A stretch of 63,496 bases of DNA, the filler included, from Syncephalis fuscata S228 (taxonomy: Eukaryota > Fungi > Zoopagomycota), in the NCBI GenBank assembly GCA_025786725.1. It is 3 parts of 3 records of this genome, joined end to end, with 100 filler letters (N's around TTAATTAATTAA, not from the genome) between each part and the next. Parts side by side here need not be neighbours in the genome. Positions count along the whole stretch, not along the records: positions 36,217 to 63,496 come from JAHLTZ010000103.1; 2 more parts are not named here. One strand, given 5' to 3'. Under the pieces are notes generated by a model, which searched no databases, was not told where the DNA came from, and saw nothing but the letters and a program-made list of their open reading frames with translations. Positions 50,836-63,496 of the stretch are shown here, one piece after another. The stretch's first letter is position 1, and every line of letters starts with the position of its first letter. The position numbers and the translations under genes were made by a program.

Positions 50836-53800
50836 ATGTCTGCTGTTGAACAAAGAAGCCTGTCGTTGAGGCTAGTCCAGCTGATGAGCCAAAGAAAGTG
50901 AGTATAGCGAATAGAAGGCGTGTGTATTTCAACTTATTTGATTCTATAGACACATAAGCGCGATGTTCTGCGCTCATTTGAGCCAGTCGCCCAGTCGATA
51001 TGGAAGAAAAAACGTGTTTTTGAACAAAATGCTCCCACCGTAGACGATTGCTCCGCGGACGATGGCGATGCTATGCGTGCCTTTCAAGAAAAGTTTTTAG
51101 TAACTTTTCCATATCCTTATATGAATGGCCGTTTGCACTTGGGACACGCCTTCACCTTTACAAAGGCAGAGTTTGCCACAGGATATATGTTGCTTAAAGG
51201 TAGACGGGCACTATTTCCATTTGGTTTGCATTGTACAGGCATGCCAATTAAAGCTTGTGCTGATAAGTTAAAACGGGAAATTGAGCTATTTGGTATCAAC
51301 TTTGATGCACCACAGCCACTTGAAGAGGCTGTGAAATCACTGTCGATTGAAAGCAATGAGGGAGCTGTTGCGGCTGCCAAAAAGCACTCAAAAGTTGCAG
51401 CCAAGACTGGTAACGTCACTTATCAGTACGAAATTATGTTATCCAATGGTGTGCCACGTGAAGAAATCCATCGATTTGCCGATCCACTTCAATGGCTCAG
51501 CTACTTCCCCGATCTTGCTCTTAAAGATATCGAGGCATTGGGCTGCAAGAATGATACACGCCGTTCATTTATCACTACTGATGTTAATCCATATTACGAT
51601 TCATTTGTTCGTTGGCAAATGAATAAGCTATACGCACTTGGCAAGATCAAGTTTGGTGAGCGTTATACAATCTACTCGCCATTGGATGGCCAGCCATGCA
51701 TGGACCACGATCGTCAAACTGGCGAAGGTGTTGGCCCACAAGAATACACTGGTATTAAGATGGAAGTTGCCGAATGGTCAGCAAATTGCGCTGCACTTTC
51801 TGAACAATTTGCCGGTAAACGAGTCTATTTGGTTGCTGCGACCTTTAGACCAGAGACAATGTACGCTTATAATGTATAATTATATGGTAGACTAACATTA
51901 TTTTAGGTATGGTCAAACAAATTGCTTTGTAGGCACTGCCATTGAGTACGGCTTCTTTGAAGTTAACGATACCGATGTGTATGTCTGTACAGAACGTGCT
52001 GCTCGTAACATGTGCTTCCAAGGCTTTTCAAAGCAAAAGGGTGTACATGTTAGACTAGCTACTGTTCAAGGTAGCGATCTAATTGGTACTCGTGTTAAGG
52101 CACCACTATCTATTTACAAGGAAGTCTATGTGCTACCCATGGACAATGTTTTGCCTACAAAGGTAAGTAATTATAATAGATTAATTTATTAATGTTGTAT
52201 TAATGTTTTATTATTATTGTCATTTTTATTATTGTCATTTTTATTATTTGTGCTTATTATTAACAGGGAACAGGTGTTGTTACTTCCGTACCCAGTGACT
52301 CGCCCGATGACTGTATGGCGTTGCAGGACTTGAAAAAGAAGCCCGACTACTACAAGATTGATCCATCATGGGTGGCCACCTATGACCCAGTACCAATTAT
52401 TCGTTCGCCTGCTTATGGCGATTTGACTGCACCAGCCATTTGCAAAGAGAAGAAGATCCAAAGTCAAAAGGATCGTATTGCGTTGGCTGAAGCAAAAGAT
52501 ATGGCGTACAAAGAAGGCTTTTATAACGGAACTATGATTGTAGGCGACTTTGTCGATGCACCTGTACAAGAAGCCAAACCAAAGATTCGTGAACAATTGA
52601 TAGCTCAAGGTGATGCCTTTATTTACAATGAGCCTGAGTCATTGATCATGTCGCGTTCCGGCGACGAGTGTGTTGTCAATCTTTGCGATCAATGGTATCT
52701 TGACTACGGTGAGACGGAATGGCGTGCAGTAACTGAGCGCTGTCTTTCTCGATTGAATACATACGGCGAAGAGACACGCCATCAATTTGAACACACCATT
52801 GGATGGTTAAATCAATGGGCCTGTGCTCGTTCATTTGGTCTTGGTACTAAATTGCCATGGGATCCACAGTTCCTTGTCGAATCACTTTCGGACTCGACCA
52901 TTTATATGGCCTACTATACAGTAGCACATTTCCTACATGGCGACACATTAGATGGTCATCGTCCTGGTCCAGCCGGTATTCGTCCTGACCAGATGACTGA
53001 TGCCGTTTGGGAGTATTTGTTGGGCAGTGGCGAATTGCCAGCTGATACTGATATTCCAGCCGATACATTGCGTGCTATGCGACGTGAATTTCTTTACTTC
53101 TACCCAATGGATCTACGTGTGTCTGGCAAGGATTTAATTCAAAACCATTTGACATTTGCCCTGTATAATCACACGGCTTTATTCCCCGAGTCTCAATGGC
53201 CACTAGGTATTCGTGCTAACGGCCATTTGCTACTAAATCGTCAAAAAATGAGCAAGAGTACTGGTAACTTCCTTACGGTCGTTGATGCGATTGAAAAGTT
53301 TGGTGCCGACGCTACACGTGTCGCTTTGGCCGATGCTGGCGATGCCATTGAGGACGCCAACTTTGAGGATGCAACAGCGAACGCAGCAATTCTACGTCTC
53401 TTCACGCTAATGGAATGGATCGAGGAGATGCTACAGCCAAATGCGCCACTTCGTGATGGCCCATCCGACTCATTCCACGACCAAGTGTTTGCCAACGAAA
53501 TGACACGTCTTATCCAGCTAACCGACGAAGCTTACAGCAACTTTATGTTCCGTGAAGCACTTAAGAACGGATTCTACGAATTCCAATCAGCTCGTGATTG
53601 GTATCGTGAAGCAACAGCCGGTGAAGGCATGCATCGCGATCTAATTAACAAGTTTATTGAAGCACAAACTTTGATGCTTGCTCCAGTAGCACCCCATTGG
53701 GCAGAACATGTCTGGTCGACATTGTTGCACAAAGACACATCAATTATGGTCGCTTGTTGGCCAGAAACGCCTACCAAAGAAGCCGACGTTGCTCTATTGG

Positions 53801-54318
53801 ATGCAGCTGATTATGTACGCAAATTGCTAAAACGTGTGCGTGACTTGGAGACTAGCTCACAAAAGAAAGGCAAGGGTAAAGGCAAGCCAGCGCCGGCCTT
53901 TGACGCATCTAAACCAAAGGCGCTTGCTATCATGATGGCTGCCAACTTCCCTGAATGGCAAGAAGCAGCTATTATTATAATGAAAGAATCATTTGACAGG
54001 ACGACAAAACAATTCGACGATGTGACCATCCGCCGTGTTCTAGGCGAGCGTGGCCTACTTAAAGACAAACAAATGATGCCATTTGTACAGGAAATTAAGA
54101 AGCGCGTTGCCATTAACGGTCCATCGGCCCTCGATCGTGCCATCACTTTTGACGAACACGAGACGCTAAAACAAGTCATTAAGCTATTTGAACGCGCACT
54201 CAACTACAATGAAATCACTATCTCTTTGGCTGAATCGATCCCGGCCGAGGATCCATTGCGTCGCAAAGCTGATGGTGCAGTGCCAGGCGAGCCTACAGTT
54301 CATTTCTGGAATATTTAA
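50836..54318 (+). CDS. CDC60: Cytosolic leucyl-tRNA synthetase, 4 exons
   Basis: FPYPYMNGRLHLGH (HIGH motif), AATFRPETM, GTGVVTSVPSDSPDD (CP1 editing), ESLSDSTIYMAYY, KMSKS. Introns ~50898-50949, 51862-51907, 52163-52266; a probable 1-nt assembly deletion in exon 1. Confidence 0.97.
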
Positions 54319-54365
54319 TTGATGTTTACTGAATTAAATATTTTATAATAAATTTATGTTTACCA

Positions 54366-55325
54366 TAAGGAAAATTGGAAAAATACACTGTTTTTAAATT
54401 TCATTATAATAAAAGCGTCTATTTCAATATTATCAATGCTAATTTTTACAGAACATGTTTTTGTATTGTATTTCTTGAGTTGCATTTCCACCAGTATATC
54501 GTTAAAAGTCTTTTAACAAATAAACACAATTGACTAAACTATGTAAATAAAGTTTTAAATTAAAATTGTTACATTTATTGTGATTCTTTTTTTCCTATCA
54601 AGCAATTTTTAGCTTTGTAACTTTATTATTCAACAGTATAATAAATACATAGTATTATTACTCAAATAATAAAAATGTTTTTATAATTTTTATTAAATTA
54701 CTATTAAAACATTTGACTAAGCTATAATACTAACTCTTTTTTCTCTTAGTTATTTGGTCAAAATTACATCACTTTTACTATTTTGTAACAGTGTAATTCT
54801 TTTTTATCAAATTAAGAGCAGACCAAGCTTTATAATAATAAATAATAGCAGTTATTAAGCTATTAAAATTGTTAGTGTATATTAAATAATTAAATATGTA
54901 TTTGATACTTTTACTTGTGCATTTTTTGGCTTTACATTTGGCAATGTAGCGGCATCATTTGTAATAGATTTAATAGTAGATTTAATAGTATTGTTACCAG
55001 AATTATATGAAAAACTATTAAAATGTTTAATATTACACTGGATAATTTCTACTAGACCAGTCTTTTGCTTTTTGGCAGTCAAAACAGACTGACATTGTTG
55101 CTAAAACGGTTTTTATGAATACAAATAAGCTGTAATTTTGTTGAATCACTATTTTTCCTCTTAAAATTGCGACAGTTAACAAGCTTAAACTCGCCAACAG
55201 CAGCCCTTAGTTCTTCGATACTGTTAAGTATAGCTTTTTATATATTTTGGTAGACATTTGGTAGATTTTTCAAAACAATATATTTTGATAAATAAAGAAT
55301 TGGTGTATTTTTCTAAATTTTCTTA
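54366..55325 (-). mobile_element. Non-autonomous MULE derivative, copy B, with 23-bp TIRs and a 20-24-bp flanking direct repeat
   Basis: TIRs TAAGGAAAATTGGAAAAATACAC (54366) and GTGTATTTTTCTAAATTTTCTTA (55303-55325), 3 mismatches. Flanks TAATAAATTTAT(G/A)TTTACCA at 54346-54365 and 55326-55345. Minus strand encodes LNSIEELRAAVGEFKLVN..NFKRKNSD.TKLQLIC...CQSVLTAKK...VEIIQC..KH. Confidence 0.75.
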
Positions 55326-56007
55326 TAATAAATTTATATTTACCATAGTCATTTAATTTGATTTTTGTGTACAATTGACTACATTTTCACACTGTAATAA
55401 TGTGTGCTGCCTCGGTGATTGGTTGGTGTCTCCATGCGTTAAATAAAGAACATTATTAGAATATAAATATTGATGAGGAATGTAGTCTATATTGTTTATT
55501 GTACAATAATTACAGTGTACTTGGACACCTTGGGCACAAAAACCAATATTGCTATTTATTTAGCTGTCTTATTTATTTTTATATTGCCATTAGATTAATA
55601 TTAAACAAATTATTAGCAGCTTAAAATGGCTTGGTGTTAAACAACTACATTTAATAGAAATATATAAACTTGAATTATAAGTTTACTCTATGAAACATGA
55701 AATCGGGCGTTAATATTAATAGTCAAATAATCAAATCATAGAAACAGTATCATCATTAAAATAAAACCATATGTTTATTACTGTAAGTTTGCATAGCTGG
55801 ATAAACACAACTAATCACATTCTTGTTGGCAATATAATAGCATTATTAATTAAAGTTGCATAAACTAGAGCATTGGCTAAAACTTGCTATATAAATGAGC
55901 TGACCGGCAGCAGTTAAATGATAGTGTTTTCCACCGATCATATACCTAAAGCATATTAAACTAGCACTTCAATTACGCATCAAATGCCAATGACTTGAAT
56001 GCACCAG

Positions 56008-56205
56008 TTACGGAAAAGAAGTGCAGCTGCGGCAGGTGCCATTAGGACCTTCACATGGAGTGCCGCCCCAGCATTGACTTCTTTTAGCCAATGCGAATAA
56101 TTGGCCATTATCAGAACCTGTTGAAGTTGGAACAGCATCCACCATGGCTGTAATAGCTGCAAAAGCTACGAGGGCGGTGCAAACGACGGCGATGGAAAGC
56201 TTCAT
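56008..56205 (-). CDS. Secreted Kex2-processed cysteine-rich peptide precursor, copy 2
   Basis: 197/198 nt identical to 43177-43374 (N23D in the signal peptide); same mature peptide. Confidence 0.85.
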   Translation of the reverse strand: MKLSIAVVCTALVAFAAITAMVDAVPTSTGSDNGQLFALAKRSQCWGGTPCEGPNGTCRSCTSFP

Positions 56206-58262
56206 GGCGACGTTGATTCGTTGAAATGAAGTAAAGCAAAAAGTAGAAGATGAGAGTATAGAGCAGAGTGTAGTGGATAATTGCCAGCAAGTAAGAGTGT
56301 GCGATAGTGAGTATTTGGTAGAAAGTAGAGTGTGATGATGATACTACTGGTCAGCTGTGTGAATGTTGTGGGCTATTTAACGTATATTGTGCTATGAAAT
56401 TGTCCAATTATTGTATAGAGCAGCGGACTTAATAATTTATTACTCAATGTAGTAACGCAATGGATAAGAAATTGATGATGGGAAAAGATATTAATAGTAT
56501 ACCTATAAATGTATGTGTTATATTATAAGGAAATGCTAAATAAAGCATATTTCTAATATTGCTCTGGTGAGTCGTGTAAATTTCATGGGCCATTCCAATA
56601 TATGGTTACGCCAAAACATCAAAAAGGTATTTTATGGAATACACCATTGATTCATTGTGGAAACCAATAATAGTACAGTCACATAACGATTTGAATTGCG
56701 CGTATACCAATATACCGATGGTGTGCTATTATACAAATAAGCCACTACCTCGACCTACTCAGACATCTGAAACAGCAATGCCGGTGATTTATACATATAT
56801 TTCAGGGACGCGCATATCAATCTGCGCTTTTATTATGCAATTCGGACATTTAATAATGTAGCTTAGTTCTATAAAATAGTAATGGCGGCTTTGTTGTCTC
56901 CTCCATCAACTCAAGTTTTAATATTTATAAGGAACCAAACCATGCACAATACTAATGCACCGCAAATTAGTAAATTATATGGCATTTTTGTATAAACATA
57001 TACTGCTATGTGCAAACCAGCCATAGCTCTAAATTATAAAATGTACTGATTGGTGCACCCGTATATTCTATATTATTGAAATTCATGCAGAAATAGGCAG
57101 TGTGCGGATTTACAAATGCGCTATATCCAAATATGTAAATGCCAAACGCTGTACTATCTCCGACACTTCAAATGATAGTTGGCCGAAATTAGCTGAGAAT
57201 TTGCTGTGTAATAAGGGATGATGTAGTGTAATGCATCACAGCATCCTGAACAATAAATCATTTAATTCAATTACTGATTCCACCAATCCTTGATGTAAAA
57301 TAATATATATTTACCAAACTAGATACAACACAATTTTTAAACGCTAGAATACGCACATCAGATAGTTCTAGACAGGTACTGTTAGTTTTGAATGCACAAT
57401 GACAACAAACCACACATCAGTCAGTATTCATTTGTAAATTAGTTGATAGTCTATGCCACTGAGAATAATTTTAATAATAAATTAAGCAACTTGTCTATAA
57501 AAGAATAAAGCAAAAGCTAATGAAACCAGTTGGTAGCGCAAACATTAATCGTTTTAATATGATAGAAAGTTCTATAATAAAAGCAAACGTTTTTATCATA
57601 CCAAATCACATTAAATTTATTAGAATTTAACGGGTATTTATGTGGATAGGATAGGATAATTAAAAACCAAATAAAACACAAGAAACCAGAAAGAATTTTG
57701 CATGAAATTCAATAAGCTGCAAAAGTTACATATATACTTATATAGTTGCATTTCTAAAATTGAAACAACAAACGCCATAATTAAATAACATTTTAGTATT
57801 GCTAAATTCTATACTGCTGTTTATTTGTATTCACAAATACTTGAAGTAACTCTTACAATAATGTAAACGTAAAATGTGAATGCGATTGAAATATATTAGT
57901 ACCAACTGGTAGTAAAGTATAAATAAATCTAATCAAACAATATCTCCAAACTTAGAGTACGAGTGAAATAAAACGAGACAACACATATATTACAATGATA
58001 TAAGCTATTTCAGAAAAACTTATTTAATTTGTGTGTTTAGCTATGTGATAGAATACATTCTGCAGCTGATGATTTATTGCATATTTAAAATTAGCATCAC
58101 CTGATGTTGTTCATTAGATTATTGCTAACAAAAAGCAATGAATATAATTGGCTGACCATCCAAAAACCATTTTTATATTACAAATAATTAATATTGTGGA
58201 TACTGATTAACTATAATTATTTTATTTTATTTTTGTATATATCTAACTGCATTTCTTATGTT

Positions 58263-59042
58263 TTAAAAAAGATAATTGCGATCGATAACTAGTAGAAAAA
58301 TTAAAAAATAGTCTGGCCTTATTACCAATAGGTTCACTGGAGATTGAACACACATCTGAACAGGCTTCGGATTGTTTAAAACACAAAAATATCCGGCGTA
58401 TCCAGAGGGTCCATCGACGTAATGAAGTACGTCTGGGAGACTTGATGAAATGTGATGTGATGCGGTTGCTGAGAAAATTGCCGGACAGGTGGTAATCGTA
58501 GCGATCGTATCGACAGGCGAGTCGACGCCACTCAATGAAGTCACGGATCGTGCACGATCAAGTATCATAGCACACTTTTTTTCCGTGATAATGGCGAGCG
58601 ATTCTGTCTTTGTCTCGTTCAAGGACAGCCGGTAGGGCGGCGCGGCAATTTCTTCCAATGCTATTTGGTTTTCATGGGCCGTGATAATAGAAGAATAAGA
58701 ATCGAAAATAGGTGATGGAATGTCTATGCTTGCCGAATCGGCAGTGCTAATAGATATCATCGATGATGGTGTATCAGGCGAGTAATATATATGAAACGAT
58801 CCGTTTTCTCCATAGTCGCCATTCTCATCGCTGTAATTATTATTAAGATCGCCGGTGTAGATTGACTCAGGAAGAGTGTGCACAGGTTCGGCCGGCCGAA
58901 TATCCATAATAAATCCTAAGGTGGGCGAGTCAACGCGCGGCATTGAAGCACACGAGTTGACTGATGATAAAACGCTAATGGCCGTCACAACACTTGCAAG
59001 TTGTGGGTGACGGCGTTGGCGTTCAAAGCGATGCTTATACAT
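58263..59042 (-). CDS. Hypothetical Ser-rich protein
   Basis: ~260-codon GC-richer ORF in AT-rich surroundings, first ATG at 59042; no recognisable domain. Confidence 0.45.
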   Translation of the reverse strand: MYKHRFERQRRHPQLASVVTAISVLSSVNSCASMPRVDSPTLGFIMDIRPAEPVHTLPESIYTGDLNNNYSDENGDYGENGSFHIYYSPDTPSSMISISTADSASIDIPSPIFDSYSSIITAHENQIALEEIAAPPYRLSLNETKTESLAIITEKKCAMILDRARSVTSLSGVDSPVDTIATITTCPAIFSATASHHISSSLPDVLHYVDGPSGYAGYFCVLNNPKPVQMCVQSPVNLLVIRPDYFLIFLLVIDRNYLF

Positions 59043-60506
59043 AATGCTGAACAAGCGAGTAAAATGGCAACAAGGAACAACGACAACAACAATATCTGCA
59101 TAAATCACAATGCCAAAAATAAAGAATAATATAATAAAACAGCTTTTAAATAGGCCGACAATTAAGAAATAAAGTATACTGATGTAGAGGATGCAGATAC
59201 AGATACGCGTGCCGTCGCCGATATGGCAAATGCAATGTATTTATTATATAGAAAAAAATGTTTGTGCTGAGTCTTTACTCTCTCAGCGTGCACGTGCGCA
59301 ATGACTACGCGCTAATCTTCTACGTGAAGTAATGATTTGCCGGCTGACCACAAATTTTTTACATGCGTGCACTTTGCTTCCTCGTCCGTCTGTGCACTTT
59401 TCGCTTGCTTTCTCGGACCACACTTTGATGCACGCAACGACATACTGTTCACGCCGCCTGTTCCATGCACTATGAGTTTGCTTTCGCCTTGAACACGCAG
59501 CCATATGCCTATGAGTGCTGCACATCCATTTATTTAATTCTACTACCTCCCCCACATTTCTCCCATGATTTCAATTATCACACGCATGAAGGTGCAGTTC
59601 ACAAATAGCAGCTTAACAATAATGGTAACGTTTGTGGAGGGGGGGGCAAAAAGAACATTAGCAATAATGCAGTAAATTACCAAGTTCTAGATTAATTAAT
59701 TTATAGTATTAGTGTAAACTAAAAGATATTGTTAATGGGGAATAAATGAGTTTGTCATATTATTAAAATGGCCAAAAGAGCAGTCCAGTAACTCTGATTA
59801 ATAGAGCATGTTGCTACGATCATTATGGCTATGCTCGTTGCTGACAACGTGGTTTGTGTCGCCTTGACCTGTTTTTGCAAGTGCTTTTCTGCAGGAGGTA
59901 TATTGAAATCAGATTTTATTGTCAATTACCACAATATTCGGCAATTAAAACGCACGATTATCAAACAGATAGTGTATTAAAACAAATGGTATAATTGTTT
60001 AAAAAACTGATTATTATTATAGACGATATTAAATGGTATAGTGTCAAATAGTATAATTCTATTGTTATTGCTAAATTAAAAATATTATTAAGCTTTTGTT
60101 ACAGCCATATTTGGTAATATAAGCTAATTGATTTTTCCACCTCTTATCAAGATAGTTAGTATTGACTTCGTTATTAATATTTTTCAAATATATGTAAATA
60201 GCAATATTAATCACATTGATTTTGTTATTTATTAAATAATGACTTAGTTGTTCTCATTTTTTACTGTCTAATATTATAATGATTCACTGCTTATTCTTCT
60301 ATAACATTATAGGCCATTATAATTTAATAAACTGAATTAAATATATATTTATTGAATACTTATAAAATGATTGGTTTGCACCACGTATATATCATATTGA
60401 AAATGAATAGTTTGTTTAACACATGGTAATCTCAGCGCATGTGTCCGATTCGGCGTTAGCACTCCACTTACAGTATGTTGTGCAACAGAAAGTCAATCAA
60501 GTGTGT

Positions 60507-62360
60507 TTAAATGTGACTTTCTGCCTTATCTGCAGAACTCATTTCCTTCGCCTTGGATTGCAGTTTGGCTTGCTGACGCATTGCATCTGCGCCGTGAATA
60601 ACTTTGCAAAATATAGCAGCAATGAATGCTAGAATAAGCGGCGGGATGTTAGCAATGAAGGCTTGACGAAAAGCTGTTTTCACAACAAGTTTGCCAATAT
60701 CTTTTTGTTCTAATGGTAGTGTATCAAATATAGAAGTACTGCCATTAAACGGAATATCCTAATAAAAACAGACGATTATTCATTTTATTTTTACCATAGC
60801 TATATTGCTACTTACTGGTAAATATTGTGCCATTGCCGATTCCAATCCGTGGTTAAATATTGTACCGGTAACAGCAACGCCGAAAGCACCACCGATAATT
60901 CGAAAGAATGAACTAAGTGTGGTAGCCACACCAATATCACCCGGTTCCGATGTGTATTGCGCGACCAGGATTACAAGCTGCATGCCAAATCCAAGACCAA
61001 AGCCTGCCAAGAACATAGCACCTATCTCTAATGGCTGATTAGGATTGACATCAAAAAGTGTCATCAGGCCCGTGCCAACGGTGGCTATGGCCATGCCAAA
61101 CAATAGAAAGGCGCGGTAAGACCATGCAGGCAGATAAGAAGTAGCTGTGCCAGATGCAATAGAAATAACGGCAATTGGAATGACCAAGGGCAAAAGCTGC
61201 AGGCCAGAAGCAGTTGCAGTTGTGCCACGAAGTAACTATTATCGCGCACATAAAGTAAGTAGACGTCATTTTTATACATGATTATCGCGCGCACACTAAA
61301 TTTCATTTGCCCATACCTCATAAAATAGCGGAATGTAGTAGACCAGGCTAAGGAAACTCCAGCCAAAAAAGAAGCCACATGTAAACGATGCTGCCGTGCT
61401 TTTTCGTCTAAACATACGACCGGGTGTTAATGGATGTTTAGCTTTCCATCCTTCCCAGTAGACGGTAATGCCCGCTAGTAAAATGGCCACGCAGTATAGT
61501 GCGATAATTACAGCAGAATTCCAAGGATATCGTTTACCACCCCATGTTGTCGGCAATAGAAGGGAAACTGTGGCGGCCAGTACTAATAGTGCGCCAAAAA
61601 AGTCGATTTGCTTGATCTTCTCTTTGATCGACCCGGCACGTACAGGCAATTTAAGAAAGAAGCCCACCATAAATACGGTAATCGCGCCGACCGGCAGATT
61701 GATGTAAAATGCCCAATTCCATGAAAGATTGTCTGTTAATGTACCACCAAGCAGTGGCCCAACTACACTAGCAATTGCAAACACGGCACTGATAAGTCCC
61801 TGATATTTGCCACGATTATATGGCTCTACAACGTCAGAAATGACTAGGTATACGAGCGACACAAGGCCGCCACCACCCACACCCATAAGAGCACGAAAGG
61901 TAATAAGCATATTCATACTTGTGCTTAGCGCACTGCCAAGCGAGCCAAGCATAAATATAGTTTGTGCGCAAAGCATTGTTGTTTTACGACCAAAAATGTC
62001 GGATAAACGACCATACAGTGGCTGAAATGAAGTGTTTGTCAACATGTAAGCTGTCGCTATCCAAAAAGAATCGGATAATGCATTAAATTGTTTGGCAATT
62101 GCTGGTAGAGCTGTTGCTACCAGTGTCAAATTAAGGGTAGCCATAAAAACAGCGAAGCCACATCTACATATGGTTTTAGCGCTTAGCAATACATGCAATG
62201 CCATTAAGGTTACTTACCCGATTAGGACCGGAATAAGTTGCTTAGGTGGCAACACGGTTGATTGCTGGAAAGTATTTGGTGGTACTGAGTCCATGCTAGA
62301 TGTATGGTTATCTGAGCTATGGGCCATATCCACAGAAATGGTGTCGTTAGGTTGTTCCAT
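60507..62360 (-). CDS. MFS drug:H+ antiporter, DHA2 (14-TMS) family, multi-exon
   Basis: LVATALPAI, WIATAYML....QPLYGRLSDIFGRK, RALMGVGGGG, RGKYQG, VVGPLLGG..., WAFYINLP.G, TWGG..YPWNS, FFRIIGGAFGVA. Stop at 60507 or 60539 depending on a likely indel. Confidence 0.9.
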
Positions 62361-62774
62361 ATCGTAAAAGTAGGTAAGATTTAATTGGCAAAACAAAAGA
62401 AGAGGCGAGGATGAGAGAGCAAACAAATAGCTGGATGCAATATATAGCCGGGATGTTACCTTTTTTATTCAACGGTTAATTATCGGACCGGCAAAAAACT
62501 AAAGCAATATATCCATTTTGGTAAACAGGTTGGCCACTTTTTCTATTTTAAACCAAACGCGCAAAGAAAAATGACAATATGTGGCATTTGAACTTGGTTT
62601 GATTACCATGTGAAGCAGTGTGTAATTAAATGAAACAAAATATATTAATAAAACATCATTCCATCTTGGCTTGTTAAAGACGTTGCCAACGACGGCACAA
62701 TATGTTAATGTTTGCAAGAAGTATTTTTATTTAATGAATAGCAAAAATAACACAAAATGATACTGTAATATAAA

Positions 62775-63496
62775 TCAAGCGTCTAACTCCTGCATTGCAG
62801 GTAGTTTTAAGTCGCTTTCTAGAGTGGCTTCTAAATTCTTAGAAGGGGATACAAACGCGGCCGATATCATCGATATTGCTGATGCAGGGATCAATAGCAT
62901 AAACAAATTTCGAAAACCCGTCAAGTAGAGCTGCCTTGTTTCTTCGGAAATGTTTGCAAAATCCACTTTGGTTATATTATTATCTATTGAAATACCCCTA
63001 CAGAACTGTTAAGCACGGCACCCATAGCGGCAATACCAAATACGCCGCCAACAATGCGGAAGAAAGTAACCAGACCGGTTGCTGTTGCCATATCTTTGAA
63101 ACAAACAATAGTTCATTAGTAAGCTGAAACAATGTCACGTTATTGCACAGTACCTTTACGCTCGGCAAATATCTGAGCAGCGTACATTGATGTTTGAATA
63201 CTGCAGCCAACTCCAATTCCAGCCACGGTTGTTGTCGTCATTTCCAAAGCAAGCGAATCAATACCACTTTTGCCTATAAGCTGTAAAAGGGCACAGGACA
63301 CAAGTAGCATTATCATACCAACTGTCATGCTTATACGGAACCTCCATGGATGAGTCATTCGAGCTGTCATGGTAGTAGTGATAAAGGACGACACTGCCAC
63401 AGTAAGAATTAAAGGAATAAGTGTAAGACCAGATTTGGTAGCCGAGTAGTTTCGAACAATCTAAAAAGCAAACGACAAATTAATACTTAATCCATT
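62775..63496 (-). CDS. Second DHA2 MFS transporter, 3' exons only
   Basis: VRNYSATKSGLTLIP, GIGVGCSIQT...AAQ, DMATATGLVTFFRIVGGVFGIAA, C-terminal Y..GFR.LF..LIP; runs off the window end. Confidence 0.8.

Noticed and set aside
50836-54318. LeuRS as a self-resistance gene for the flanking peptides
   Set aside because: Canonical motifs and introns fit the housekeeping copy; there is no sign of a second paralogue or biosynthetic enzymes here.
3539-56205. Ustiloxin-type RiPP cluster (tyrosinase + Kex2 peptide + MFS)
   Set aside because: The genes are far apart on different contigs, no DUF3328/UstY gene is seen, and the 4-Cys peptide is non-repetitive and has no Tyr.

Overview
AT-rich, intron-rich eukaryotic DNA from a fungus. 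Gene content and style suggest an early-diverging lineage, probably Zoopagomycota (Syncephalis-like); this is inference. The window is three contigs joined by artificial N44-TTAATTAATTAA-N44 spacers (25578-25677, 36117-36216), so linkage across those points is unproven. Contig 1 carries a FHIP/FAM160-like gene, a secreted tyrosinase, a decayed Mutator-like element, an OFA-type MFS transporter, an F-box gene, a divergent RecQ1/UFD2 pair, a small prepro-peptide gene and RPL22. Contig 2 has no credible genes and is dominated by a ~8.4-kb palindrome: ~3.2-kb arms about 99% identical, a 1.33-kb spacer, and a 22-bp tandem array (GGTGGTGGCAGAACGGTGAAAT) capping each arm with the G-rich strand running outward. 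Contig 3 carries a PH-domain gene, a FAM72-like gene, CTF8, cytosolic LeuRS and two DHA2 MFS genes. It also holds a ~10-kb island bounded by inverted transposon ends (zinc-ribbon, Merlin-like), a Mutator-derived element with an unusually long 20-24-bp flanking direct repeat, and two inverted, apparently gene-converted copies of a Kex2-processed 4-Cys peptide gene (mature SQCWGGTPCEGPNGTCRSCTSFP). All alignments and identities were read by eye; no searches were run.
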